DNA from: Comamonadaceae bacterium CG12_big_fil_rev_8_21_14_0_65_59_15
GTDB lineage: Bacteria; Pseudomonadota; Gammaproteobacteria; Burkholderiales; Burkholderiaceae_C
Length of the DNA stretch: 64,000 nucleotides
Assembly (NCBI GenBank): GCA_002786915.1
Contig: PCUV01000104.1
Span: forward strand, 8,934 to 72,933
Direction: 5' to 3'
The notes under the pieces are model-generated. The model was not told the DNA's origin. It saw nothing but the letters and a program-made list of their open reading frames with translations, and made no database searches. Numbering within the stretch: the first letter of the stretch is position 1; every line of letters begins with the position of its first letter. Position numbers and translations under genes: made by a program. This document shows positions 11,160-20,902 of this stretch, in pieces.

Positions 11160-11262
11160 GCACTTGCCTCTTGTCGAGTTACGAAACACATACGATAGGT
11201 TCTAACGTATCCTGTTGAATTTGTCGAGAGCAATGAACACAAATAATCATGGCCTGATCCCA

Positions 11263-11278
11263 TGGCACCGGGCTTGCT
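11263..11278 (+). promoter_or_regulatory. sigma54 (-24/-12) promoter upstream of panE
   Basis: TGGCACCGGGCTTGCT matches TGGCAC-N5-TTGC. Confidence 0.7.
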
Positions 11279-11391
11279 AAACTGCTCTGCGTGCGAAACA
11301 GTGAAGCAAGCGAGCCCCCGGGCTGGACGGTGGCAAACACCAGATGCACAGTAAAAATGCTGACCAGAACACATACTTTTCGGAACCCACC

Positions 11392-12327
11392 ATGCCAGCT
11401 TCTCACCTCCCCCCCCTTTCCTTTGCCGTGATGGGAGCCGGTGCGGTGGGCTGCTTTTATGGCGGCATGCTGGCGCGCGCAGGTTTTGCCGTGACGCTGA
11501 TCGGCCGCACCACGCATATGCAGGCCATCCAGAGCCAGGGGCTGCGCCTGCAAACCCTGTCGTTTGACGAAGTGGTACACCCTGCCGTCAGCGAATTCCC
11601 CAGCGCAGTAATCAACGCTGACCTGGTGTTATTTGCCGTCAAGTCCACCGACACCGAAGCCGCCGGTACGCAAATTCGCCCCCATCTCAAGCCTGGCGCG
11701 TTGCTGCTGTGCCTGCAAAACGGTGTTGACAACGCCGAGCGTCTGCGTGCGGTGTTGCCGGGTGTCGAGGTGGCGGCAGCGGCGGTGTATGTGGCCGCAG
11801 AAATGGCTGGTCCCGGCCACCTGCGCCACCACGGGCGCGGCGAGCTGATCATTGAACCCAGCGCGCGCAGCGCCGCGCTAGCACAAGCGCTGCACGCTGC
11901 TGGTGTGCCAACGCACATCAGCGCCGATGTGCGCAACGTGCTGTGGACCAAGCTGGTCATCAACTGCGCGTACAACGGCCTGTCGGCCGTGGGCCAGATC
12001 GCCTATGGGCCATTGATGCAGCGCCCCGGTCTGCCCAAGGTGCTTGCTGATCTGGTGGTTGAATGCCGCGCCGTGGCCGTGGCCGACGGCGTTACCTTGC
12101 CCGCTGACCTTGAAGCACAGGTGCACGCCATTGCACACAGCATGGCCACGCAGATGTCGTCCACGGCGCACGATCTACGCCGTGGCAAACCGACCGAAAT
12201 CGATTTTCTGAACGGCCATATCGTGCGCCGGGGCGAGGCGCTGGGTATGCCAACGCCGACCAACCGCATGCTCTGGGAGGTTGTCAAATTACTTCAGGAT
12301 CAAAGCCTGCAAAACCCCAGTCATTAA
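11392..12327 (+). CDS. panE: 2-dehydropantoate 2-reductase (ketopantoate reductase family)
   Basis: GAGAVG.FYGG, LFAVKS, LQNGVDN, LWTKLVINCAYN, SSTAHDL..GKPTEIDFLNG. Confidence 0.9.
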   Translation: MPASHLPPLSFAVMGAGAVGCFYGGMLARAGFAVTLIGRTTHMQAIQSQGLRLQTLSFDEVVHPAVSEFPSAVINADLVLFAVKSTDTEAAGTQIRPHLKPGALLLCLQNGVDNAERLRAVLPGVEVAAAAVYVAAEMAGPGHLRHHGRGELIIEPSARSAALAQALHAAGVPTHISADVRNVLWTKLVINCAYNGLSAVGQIAYGPLMQRPGLPKVLADLVVECRAVAVADGVTLPADLEAQVHAIAHSMATQMSSTAHDLRRGKPTEIDFLNGHIVRRGEALGMPTPTNRMLWEVVKLLQDQSLQNPSH

Positions 12328-12394
12328 CTGCATTTGCAGCAACTCTCTCACAGCTGTTGTCAGCGCAGCAGGAGTTTTTCAGCAGCAAACCCGG

Positions 12395-12718
12395 TTAATG
12401 TCTTGCCGGCTCAATGCGCTTGGACTCCACATCGGTCACCACGGTGACATCAGTCACATCTTGCGCTTGAACATCGACCACGTTGTCGGTCGACGATGCC
12501 GCACGCGGCCCAAAACCGCGCTGGTTGAAGCGCTGCCACACCGCTTGCCGGTTGACCTGAAATGTCCACGGACTCACAGGCTGGCCAGTTAGCTTGGCCC
12601 ACAGGGCGCGCAGCAGCCACAGCATCAACACCACCAAGCCGGCCGCCAGCAGGCTGGCAAAGAACACCAGCCCCGCCAGCAACAAACCCAGTCGCAGCAC
12701 AAAACCCAGCAATTTCAT
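12395..12718 (-). CDS. Small single-TM hypothetical protein
   Basis: Hydrophobic N-terminus, acidic C-terminus (VVDVQAQDV); start may be upstream (ORF open to 12784). Confidence 0.65.
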   Translation of the reverse strand: MKLLGFVLRLGLLLAGLVFFASLLAAGLVVLMLWLLRALWAKLTGQPVSPWTFQVNRQAVWQRFNQRGFGPRAASSTDNVVDVQAQDVTDVTVVTDVESKRIEPARH

Positions 12719-12828
12719 CACGACATCACTCAAAGCTTCACTCCAGTCAAAACCGGCAATTGCGTCCAGCAGGGGCCATTGCAAGCCACTTCACAATCTA
12801 CTTTACACAGGCAGCGCTTAAAGCGCAC

Positions 12829-15003
12829 TTAAACCGGCACGATCAACCCGCGCACTCGCCGCAGCACCGCATACGGCGGCAAGCCCTGCAACATACGCCT
12901 GCCATACGATTGGCTCAGCAATCGCTTGTCGTAACACACTACCCGTGCCCGATCTGTTTCGGTGCGGATGGCGCGGCCGGTCCATTGCAGCAGGCGGATG
13001 CCGGTGGCAGGCACCACCAGTTCAGTGAACGGGTCACGCCCTTCACGTTTAAGCCATTCAGCGCGCGCTTCTTCTACCGGGTCAGAGGGCGATGCAAACG
13101 GCAGCTTGGCAATAAAGACGGTTTCACACAGCAAGCCGGGCAAATCCAGCCCCTCGCCAAACGACTGCATGCCAAAGATCACCGACGGCTGGCCGGATTC
13201 CACGCGCGCCATGTGGCTGGCAATCAAACGATTGCGTGACATCTGGCCCTGCACCAGCACCAGCGCCTGCAAAGCAGTGTCCAGCGCGGCGACGGCGGCC
13301 TTCATCTGCATGCGTGAGGTAAACAACACCAACGCACCGTGAGGGACCTGGCGCAGGTCGCCCAGCAGGATGGTGACCATTTCTTGCGTGTAGGCATCGA
13401 CGTGGCGCGGGTCGGCTTGCGTATCGACGACCGTCAGCTCGCCCTGCTGGCGGTAATCAAACGGGCTTTCGACAGCCAGTGTTGATACCTGCGGCAGCTC
13501 TGCCAGCCCGGCCTCGGCCATAAAAAAATCAAACGTGCCGCAACTCGTCAGCGTGGCCGAGGTGACCACCGCGCCACGCACCTGCGCCCACAGGTGCTGG
13601 CGCAGCAAATCGCCCGGCACCAGCGGGCACGCGTGCGCGCTCAGGGCCACCACGCCTGTGCTTGAGTCGGCCTTGAGCCATTTAGCCATCGGTTGCGCCT
13701 CGTGCGTGAGCAACATCGTGCTGGTGGCCACCACACTGGTCAGGCGCGGTGCCATTTGCCCCAGGCGCGCGTAGTGCAGCGCCAGCTGCGCCGCGCGCGA
13801 CGGGTCTTCCTTGGCCTGAGCCTTGAGCTCTGCGCCCAGCTCTTCCAAAACATCAGAAAGCGCCCCCGCATGCGCATGGATCAGTGTCATGGGCGCGGTC
13901 AACGCATCGGGCAGCACGCCGTCTTTAAAGCGATAGACCGTGTCAAAACTGGCCGTCACACCGCGCAGCAAGTCCATGCTGATGCGGCCTGCGTCCAGCA
14001 AGGCGCCGCGCAGTTGCTGCGCCAGCGTGGGCAAGTCTTGCGCAATAGCCACCTCCAGTTGGTCAGCCACGTCGTGCAAAGTTTTAGGCAATCTCTCGAG
14101 CCAGCGCAAACTCGTTAGATCCATCGCGCTTGAAAATTGGCCTAGCGCCACCGCAGGCAGGTGGTGACCTTCGTCAAACACCAACAGGCATTTGTTCAGC
14201 TCAGGCAAGGCGTTCATGCCCAATGAGGCCAGTACCAGGTCGTGGTTGGCCACAATCACCTGTGCCTGAGCCAGCGCAGCGCGCGCGTTGTAGTAGCTGC
14301 AATCACGAAAACGAGGGCAGTGCCGCGCGGTGCAGGTGTGGCGCTCGGCGGCGATGGTGGACCAGTCGCGCGGGTCGGGTTGTTCGGGCAGACTGTCGCG
14401 GTCACCGTCCCACTGCCCTGCTGCCAGCGCCTCGGCCAGGGTATCCAAGAGCTGCATGCGACGCTGCATCGGATCCATGCCGTCCGCACCCTTTGCGCAC
14501 TTGCCCGGCAGGCCTGCGCTCGTGGGCGTGGGAGCATCGTCTTCGTCCGTAAAAAAATCGGTGGTAGCGTCGCCGCCGGCACCGGCCAGGCGCTCGAGTT
14601 TGAGCTTGCACACGTAGCGCCCACGCCCTTTGGCCAGCGCGTAAGCAAACGGCTGCGCCAACACCGTTGCCAGCGCGGGCAGGTCTTTGGTCATGAGCTG
14701 CTCTTGCAGCGCCACCGTGGCGGTGGAGACCACCACGCGCGTCTTGCGCTGTAGTGCCAGCGCGACCGTGGTGGACAGATAGGCTGCTGATTTTCCCACG
14801 CCGGTGCCGGCCTGGATGACGGCGATGGCGCAGTCGGGCTCCACGCTGTCGCCCAGCGTCACGTCGTGCAGCTTTTGAGCAATGCACTCGGCCATGGCAC
14901 GCTGACCCGCTCGCGCCCTGAAGCCAGGCGTGGCCGCAACGACCCGGTCAAACGCGGCCAGCGACAAGGCCGCCAGGTCCGCGTCGGTGTCAGCGTTGCT
15001 CAA
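12829..15003 (-). CDS. dinG: ATP-dependent DNA helicase DinG
   Basis: QAGTGVGKS, four Fe-S Cys, VANHDL, DEGHHL, TSATL, EGLDLPG, GRAIRTE; TTG start overlaps upstream stop. Confidence 0.95.
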   Translation of the reverse strand: MSNADTDADLAALSLAAFDRVVAATPGFRARAGQRAMAECIAQKLHDVTLGDSVEPDCAIAVIQAGTGVGKSAAYLSTTVALALQRKTRVVVSTATVALQEQLMTKDLPALATVLAQPFAYALAKGRGRYVCKLKLERLAGAGGDATTDFFTDEDDAPTPTSAGLPGKCAKGADGMDPMQRRMQLLDTLAEALAAGQWDGDRDSLPEQPDPRDWSTIAAERHTCTARHCPRFRDCSYYNARAALAQAQVIVANHDLVLASLGMNALPELNKCLLVFDEGHHLPAVALGQFSSAMDLTSLRWLERLPKTLHDVADQLEVAIAQDLPTLAQQLRGALLDAGRISMDLLRGVTASFDTVYRFKDGVLPDALTAPMTLIHAHAGALSDVLEELGAELKAQAKEDPSRAAQLALHYARLGQMAPRLTSVVATSTMLLTHEAQPMAKWLKADSSTGVVALSAHACPLVPGDLLRQHLWAQVRGAVVTSATLTSCGTFDFFMAEAGLAELPQVSTLAVESPFDYRQQGELTVVDTQADPRHVDAYTQEMVTILLGDLRQVPHGALVLFTSRMQMKAAVAALDTALQALVLVQGQMSRNRLIASHMARVESGQPSVIFGMQSFGEGLDLPGLLCETVFIAKLPFASPSDPVEEARAEWLKREGRDPFTELVVPATGIRLLQWTGRAIRTETDRARVVCYDKRLLSQSYGRRMLQGLPPYAVLRRVRGLIVPV

Positions 15004-16178
15004 TCGAGCACCGCCGCGTAGACCAGGTTGCGAAACAGCATGCGGTAGTACTCGCGCTGGTTGGGTGCTTGCAGCATCAAAATGGCAAACAGGTCCAGTG
15101 CGGGGTCAACAAAAAACGTGGTGCCGGCCAGCCCGCCCCAAAAATACGTACCCACCGACCCCGGCACCGGCGCACCGCCCAACTGTTTGCGTACCGCAAA
15201 GCCCAGGCCAAAGCCGTGCCCCGGAGGCAGCAGTGCCCGCGTGCCCGCGCTGGCCACGGGAATGTCGCCCAAGTGGTCGCAGGTCATGAAGTCCACCATG
15301 CTCGGCCCCAGCAGACGCACGCCGTCCAACTCGCCCCGGTTCAGCATGAACTGCAAAAAGCGCGCGTAGTCCTGCGCGGTGGAAATCAGCCCGCCGCCGC
15401 CCGAGGCGAACGCCGCGTCGCTGCGCACGTCGATCACCTTCATCTGGATGCCGCCGTCGGGGTCTCGGGCAAAGGGCTCGGCCACGTGGTCGTGAAACTG
15501 CGCCGGCACGGTGAACCCGGTATGGGGCATACCCAGCGGCTCAAAGATATGTTCACGCAAAAAGTCTTGCAGACTCTGCCCCGACACGACCTCGACCACG
15601 CGCCCCAACACGTCGGTGGCGCGGCTGTATTCAAACGCGCTGCCGGGCTGGAACATCAAGGGCATGGCAGCCAGTTGCTGGGTGAACTCGGCCAGCGTGC
15701 GCTGGCGTGAGCCAATGCGCAGCTGCGTGTACTGGCGCTGCACCGGGCTGGCGCCCAGAAATTCATACGTCATGCCCGCCGTGTGGCGCATCAGGTCATG
15801 CACCGTGGCATCAACGTGCACCGGCTCCAAACCGTCGTTACCGGCCACCTGCTGCCCGGCAAATTCCGGCAGGTGCCGGCTGACCGCGTCGCTGAGCAGC
15901 AAACGCCCCTGCTCCACCAGCATCATCGCCGCCACCGAGACGATCGGCTTGGTCATGGAATAGATGCGAAAGCGCGCCTGCAGGTGCATCGCCTCACCGG
16001 TGGCCGGGTTGAGCTGGCCCACGCTGTTCAGCAGCGCAGTCTTGCCGTGGCGCGCTACCACCGCAACCGCGCCGGGCAAACGACGCTTGTCCACCTCCTG
16101 TTGCAGCACGTCCATCAGACGCTGCAGACGGGGCGTGTTCAAGCCGATTTTTTCAGGGGAAACGGATGCCAAAGTCAT
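15000..16178 (-). CDS. Serine hydrolase (beta-lactamase family)
   Basis: SMTK (SxxK), LMRHTAG, FEYS..TDVLG, GGGLISTAQDY, WGG.AGT. Confidence 0.92.
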   Translation of the reverse strand: MTLASVSPEKIGLNTPRLQRLMDVLQQEVDKRRLPGAVAVVARHGKTALLNSVGQLNPATGEAMHLQARFRIYSMTKPIVSVAAMMLVEQGRLLLSDAVSRHLPEFAGQQVAGNDGLEPVHVDATVHDLMRHTAGMTYEFLGASPVQRQYTQLRIGSRQRTLAEFTQQLAAMPLMFQPGSAFEYSRATDVLGRVVEVVSGQSLQDFLREHIFEPLGMPHTGFTVPAQFHDHVAEPFARDPDGGIQMKVIDVRSDAAFASGGGGLISTAQDYARFLQFMLNRGELDGVRLLGPSMVDFMTCDHLGDIPVASAGTRALLPPGHGFGLGFAVRKQLGGAPVPGSVGTYFWGGLAGTTFFVDPALDLFAILMLQAPNQREYYRMLFRNLVYAAVLD

Positions 16179-16238
16179 ATCATTTGTATAGCTGTCTGCG
16201 CTTATTTTATAAGCTCTGGAGGCCAAAAATACCACTAA
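16177..16238 (+). repeat. ~60-bp fixed-spacing motif, intergenic copy
   Basis: ATAGCT-N17-AAGCTCTGGAGGCCAAAAAT. Confidence 0.8.
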
Positions 16239-16289
16239 CTTTCATGACATCCGAAGAACCCAGAAGCCTGCAACGGTGCAGCATACTTG

Positions 16290-16409
16290 CCCCCATCCCA
16301 GCCTTCCCCCAAAGGCGGGAAGGAGCAACAACCGGGTTGCCAGCCACAACCGGGTTGCCGGTGATTGGTATTTCTCCCTCCCCCGCTGGGGGAGGGCAGG
16401 GGTGGGGGC
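16290..16409. repeat. Inverted pair of C/G-rich REP elements (BIME-like) around a 14-bp direct repeat
   Basis: 16290-16326 and 16374-16409 are imperfect inverted copies; ACAACCGGGTTGCC at 16328-16341 and 16346-16359. Confidence 0.8.
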
Positions 16410-16435
16410 TGGCTGTTTTGGAACCATGTTTCACG

Positions 16436-17455
16436 TTATCCATGCCGCGCTCGCGCCAGCGCGGCACCAGCGGCCAGCGCCTGCAATTTGGCCAGCGCAA
16501 TGTCGCGGTTCATGGGGGCCATGCCGCAGTTGGTGCACGGGAACAGGCGTTGCTTGGGCACGTATTGCAGGGCCTGACCGATGGTGTCGGCCACCTGTTC
16601 GGGCGTTTCCACCACGTCGCTGGCCACGTCAATCACGCCCACCATCACGTCTTTGCCCGCCAGCAATGCCATCAGGTGCGGCGGCACGTGCGAGTGGTAG
16701 CACTCCAGACTGACTTGCTGGATGCTGCTGGCGGCGATGGCCGGAAAGATCGCCTCATACTGTCGCCATTCCTGACCCAGGGTTTCCTTCCAGTCCAGGT
16801 TTGCTTTGATGCCGTAGCCGTAGCAGATGTGCACAGCGGTGGTGCAGGTGAGCCCTTTGGCGGCGCGCTCCAGCGCCTGCACGCCCCAAGTTGCTGCATC
16901 CTTCAGGTACACGTTGAAGGCGGGTTCGTCAAACTGGATGATGTCCACACCATCGGCCTGCAGCGCCCTTGCCTCCTGGTTGAGCAAATCGGCAAACGCC
17001 ATCGCCATGTCCACCTTGCTGCCGTAAAAACGGTCGGCCACGGTATCGACGATCGTCATCGGGCCAGGTAGCGTGAACTTGATTTTCTTCTTGGTGTGGG
17101 CACGCAACAGTTGCGCCTCCAGCGCGTGCACGCGGCCCTTGAGCTTGAGCGGCGCCACCACTTGCGGCACCTGCGCGTCATAACGGCCGTCGCGAATGCC
17201 CATCGTCACCTTGTGCTCAAAGTCGATGCCCTCGACTTGCTCCAGAAAGCCGTGCACAAAGTGTTGACGCGCTTGTTCGCCGTCGCCAATGATGTCCAGA
17301 CCCGCGTCTTCCTGCAATTTGACCCACAACAGCGTGGCGTCGCGCTTGGCTTGCAGCAGTTCGTCGCCTTGTGCTTTCCACTGCGGCCACAGTTTTTGCG
17401 TTTCAGCCAGCCACGCGGGTTTGGGCAAGCTGCCCGCAATCAGGGATTCAAACAT
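16436..17455 (-). CDS. Short (catalytic-domain-only) cobalamin-independent methionine synthase, MesD-like
   Basis: GSLPKP, DGEQ.RQHFV, LPGPMT, IQFDEPAFN, HICYGYGIKAN, PCTNCGMAP; about 340 aa; GGAGA RBS. Confidence 0.88.
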   Translation of the reverse strand: MFESLIAGSLPKPAWLAETQKLWPQWKAQGDELLQAKRDATLLWVKLQEDAGLDIIGDGEQARQHFVHGFLEQVEGIDFEHKVTMGIRDGRYDAQVPQVVAPLKLKGRVHALEAQLLRAHTKKKIKFTLPGPMTIVDTVADRFYGSKVDMAMAFADLLNQEARALQADGVDIIQFDEPAFNVYLKDAATWGVQALERAAKGLTCTTAVHICYGYGIKANLDWKETLGQEWRQYEAIFPAIAASSIQQVSLECYHSHVPPHLMALLAGKDVMVGVIDVASDVVETPEQVADTIGQALQYVPKQRLFPCTNCGMAPMNRDIALAKLQALAAGAALARARHG

Positions 17456-17504
17456 GGAGGTCTCCAATAAAACGGCGATGCTATCCCAGCGCGCCTGCCC
17501 ATTG

Positions 17505-18359
17505 CTACTCATGGTTATAAGCTGGCAAACGCGCGCCGCAGTGGCGGCAAAAGTTGGCCTCGGGCAGGTGGCCTTCGGTCAGGCATTCATGGCAGGTGCG
17601 CGTGGTGGTGGGAGACTTGCGGGCAAAGGTCATTTCTGCCGTCACGATACCGGTGGGAACGGCCAGCGTGCCCCAGCCCAGCAGCATCATGGCCGACGCA
17701 ATCATGCGGCCCAGGTCGGTCTTGGGCGTGATGTCGCCAAAACCGACCGTGGTCATGGTGGTGATGGCCCAATAGATCGACACCGGAATGCTGGTGTAGC
17801 CGTTCTCTGGGCCTTCCACCACGTACATCAGCGTGCCAATCACCAGCACGATCATCAACACCCCGGCCAGAAATACCATGATCTTGCGCTGGCTGGCACG
17901 CAGCGCCTGCCCGATGTGCTGGTACTCGGACACATACGCCGTCAACTTGAAAACCCGGAACACGCGCAGCAGCCGCAAAATGCGCACGTCGATCAGCACC
18001 GCTACCTCGGGCACCAGCAGCGCCAGATAAGTAGGCAGCAACGCCAGCAGGTCGATGATGCCAAAGAAGCTCAGCGCATAGCGCAGCGGGTGGCGCACGC
18101 AGGCCAGGCGCGCGGCATATTCCAGGGTGAAGATCACGGTAAAAAACCACTCCGCAGCCACCAACCACACATGCCAACCCTGCCGCACGGTCTGCACACT
18201 GTCGGCCATGACGACCGCCACACTTGCCAGAATGATGCCAATCACTGCTTGGTCAAACCAGCGCCCGGCACGGGTGTCGGCCTCAAAAATGATGGTGTAA
18301 AGCCGCAGCCGCCAGCCGGCCAGGGGCTTGCCCAGAATGTCCGCTTTTGTACTACCCAT
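17505..18359 (-). CDS. Ion transporter (K+ channel-like) with C-terminal zinc ribbon
   Basis: S4-like RILRLLRVFRVFK, pore TTVGFGD, CxxC...CxxC tail. Confidence 0.9.
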   Translation of the reverse strand: MGSTKADILGKPLAGWRLRLYTIIFEADTRAGRWFDQAVIGIILASVAVVMADSVQTVRQGWHVWLVAAEWFFTVIFTLEYAARLACVRHPLRYALSFFGIIDLLALLPTYLALLVPEVAVLIDVRILRLLRVFRVFKLTAYVSEYQHIGQALRASQRKIMVFLAGVLMIVLVIGTLMYVVEGPENGYTSIPVSIYWAITTMTTVGFGDITPKTDLGRMIASAMMLLGWGTLAVPTGIVTAEMTFARKSPTTTRTCHECLTEGHLPEANFCRHCGARLPAYNHE

Positions 18360-18411
18360 TACCTGTCCAGTCCGGGTCTCGGCGAATTTGCATACAGCAT
18401 GGGTTTGATCA

Positions 18412-18427
18412 TGGCACGTTTGCTGCT
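18412..18427 (+). promoter_or_regulatory. sigma54 promoter upstream of aapJ
   Basis: TGGCACGTTTGCTGCT, GG-N10-GC spacing; fits nitrogen control of amino-acid uptake. Confidence 0.6.
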
Positions 18428-18593
18428 TTCATTGCTGTGGTGAATGGCCTGAATGAAATTATGAAAATATTGCATAGCATCCAAGCGTAAACCCGTAGTT
18501 TGTCTTTATGACCGCACTGTTAAAGTGTCTCCTGTGGATTTTGCAGCGGTTTCAGGCCGCGTTCCCTCTTTTTTTATTCAACAACTGGAGTTC

Positions 18594-19634
18594 ATGCCCA
18601 TGCGTCTTACCCCTCTCAAAACACTGGCTGTCGTTGCAGCCGGCCTGAGCACTCTGGCCGCCCTTCCCGCCCACGCCGGCAAAACACTCGATGGCATCAA
18701 GGCACGTGGCCAGGTGGTATGCGGTGTCAACACGGGCCTGGCTGGCTTTGGCGCTGCCGATTCCAACGGTAAATGGACAGGGCTGGACGTGGATATTTGC
18801 CGCGCTGTGGCCGCAGCCACCCTGGGCGATGCAGAAAAAGTCAAGTACGTGCCGCTGAATGCGCAACAGCGTTTCACCGCACTGCAATCCGGTGAGGTGG
18901 ATGTGTTGTCACGCAACACCACGTTCACCCTGACGCGCGACGCCTCGCTGGGTCTGAACGCTACGGCAGTCACCTATTACGACGGCCAGGGCTTCATGGT
19001 GCCCGTCAAAAGCAAGATCAAGAGCGCCAAGCAGCTCAAGGGCCAGACGGTGTGCGTGCAATCTGGCACCACCACCGAAAAGAACCTGACCGACTATTCC
19101 AAAGCCAACAAGCTCAATATCAAACCCGTGGTGTTTGAAAAGCTCGAAGCCGCTGAAAATGCTTACTTTACCGGCCGCTGCATCTCCTACACCACCGACG
19201 CATCCGGCTTGGCATCCACCCGCAACAAAGTGGCCAAAGACCCCAAAGACCACGTTATCCTGCCCGAGTTGATCTCCAAGGAACCACTGGGGCCGATGGT
19301 GCGCCGGGGTGACGACGAATGGTTTGCCATTGTCAAGTGGACCATTTATGGCCTGCTTGAAGCCGAGGAATACGGCATCACGCAAGCCAATGTGGACAAG
19401 CTCAAGGCTGAAAGCGCCGATCCCGTGGTCAAGCGTATTCTGGGTGTCTCGGAAGACACCGGCAAACTGCTGGGCTTGTCCAAAGACTGGATGGCCAACG
19501 CCATCAAGGCCACCGGCAACTACGGTGAAATTTTTGACCGCAACGTCGGCCCCAAATCTCCCCTGGGTCTGCCACGTGGCGTCAACAACCAATGGAACAA
19601 AGGCGGCTTGATGTACGCCTACCCGGTGCGTTGA
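18594..19634 (+). CDS. aapJ: General L-amino acid ABC transporter, periplasmic protein
   Basis: CGVNTGL.GF, G.DVDICRAVAAA, RFTALQSGEVD.LSRN, ISKEPLGP, GNYGEIF.RN. Confidence 0.93.
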   Translation: MPMRLTPLKTLAVVAAGLSTLAALPAHAGKTLDGIKARGQVVCGVNTGLAGFGAADSNGKWTGLDVDICRAVAAATLGDAEKVKYVPLNAQQRFTALQSGEVDVLSRNTTFTLTRDASLGLNATAVTYYDGQGFMVPVKSKIKSAKQLKGQTVCVQSGTTTEKNLTDYSKANKLNIKPVVFEKLEAAENAYFTGRCISYTTDASGLASTRNKVAKDPKDHVILPELISKEPLGPMVRRGDDEWFAIVKWTIYGLLEAEEYGITQANVDKLKAESADPVVKRILGVSEDTGKLLGLSKDWMANAIKATGNYGEIFDRNVGPKSPLGLPRGVNNQWNKGGLMYAYPVR

Positions 19635-19725
19635 TTTAACGGTTAGCGCAACCCGCGCCGCTTGATGTCGCCACGAGCGATTCATGCGGCGCTTTTCTTT
19701 CAGAGACACCCCACCTGAAGGCACC

Positions 19726-20901
19726 ATGGCACAAGACAATCCTCCGAAAAAAAACAACTGGTCCTGGCGCAGCCAGGCGTTTCGCGGCCTGATTTATCAG
19801 GTCATCGCCATCACCGTCATCGCTGGCGTGGTTTGGTTTCTGGCGCACAACACGCTCACCAACATGCGGGTGCGCGGCATCCAGAGCGGGTTTGACTTTT
19901 TAGGCCAGGCGGCGGGTTTTGACATTGGCGAAAGCCTGTTTCCGTTTGACTCGGGTGAGTCATACTGGCGCGCCTTCTGGGTGGGTGTCACCAACACCCT
20001 GCGCGTGGCGGTACTGGGCATTGTGCTGGCCACCGTACTGGGAACGCTGCTGGGTGTGGGCCGCTTTTCGCGCAACGCGCTGGTGCGTGGACTGTGCCTG
20101 AGTTATGTGGAATTTTTCCGCAACATTCCCGTGCTGCTCCAATTGTTGATGTGGTACGTGATCATGACCGAAGTGCTGCCCATGTCTTCTGAGGCTTGGC
20201 AGATCGGCCACTTTTTTCTGAGCAAAGGCGGCGTCAACTACCCCATACCGGTCTGGCAGACGGGTCAACTCTGGGCCGCTTATGGTCTGCTGCCGGGTTT
20301 GCTGTTGGGCTGGCTGTACCGGCGCTGGGCGGTGGCGCGGTTTGAAGCAACGGGGCAGCCACGCAGTATGGTGGTGCTGCCGCTGTTGATCGTGCTGCTG
20401 GCCAGCCTGGCGGGCTGGGCGCTGGGCGGTGCGCCGACCGAGTTCAACTTTCCAAAGCGGGGAGAATTCGCCATTGAAAACGGTGGCGCGCTGACGCCTG
20501 AATTCATGGCGGTGCTGCTGGGGCTGACGCTTTACACCGCGTCATTTATCGCCGAAGTAGTGCGCGGTGGCATCGCCTCGGTAGCGCGGGGTCAAAGTGA
20601 GGCAGCGTCGGCGCTGGGCCTGAACAAGGCACAAGAAATGCGTCTGGTGATGCTGCCGCAAGCGCTGCGAGTGATTATTCCACCCCTGACCAACCAGTAC
20701 CTGAACCTGACCAAAAACTCGTCGCTGGCGGTGGCCATTGGCTACCCCGACGTGGTCTCGATCGCCAACACTGCGCTGAACCAGACCGGCCGCGCGGTCG
20801 AGTGCATTGCCATTGTGATGCTGGTCTATCTGACCACGTCGCTGGGCACCGCCTTGCTGATGAACTGGTACAACAGCCGCTCGGCGATCAAGGAGCGCTG
20901 A
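19726..20901 (+). CDS. aapQ: Amino acid ABC transporter permease
   Basis: YVEFFRNIPVLL, EVVRGGI, GQSEAA.ALGL, NLTKNSSLA. Confidence 0.92.
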   Translation: MAQDNPPKKNNWSWRSQAFRGLIYQVIAITVIAGVVWFLAHNTLTNMRVRGIQSGFDFLGQAAGFDIGESLFPFDSGESYWRAFWVGVTNTLRVAVLGIVLATVLGTLLGVGRFSRNALVRGLCLSYVEFFRNIPVLLQLLMWYVIMTEVLPMSSEAWQIGHFFLSKGGVNYPIPVWQTGQLWAAYGLLPGLLLGWLYRRWAVARFEATGQPRSMVVLPLLIVLLASLAGWALGGAPTEFNFPKRGEFAIENGGALTPEFMAVLLGLTLYTASFIAEVVRGGIASVARGQSEAASALGLNKAQEMRLVMLPQALRVIIPPLTNQYLNLTKNSSLAVAIGYPDVVSIANTALNQTGRAVECIAIVMLVYLTTSLGTALLMNWYNSRSAIKER

Positions 20902-20902
20902 C

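Noticed and set aside
14130-14150. AAATTGGCCTAGCGCC in dinG as a motif copy
   Set aside because: 2-nt deletion in the core and no correctly spaced partner box.
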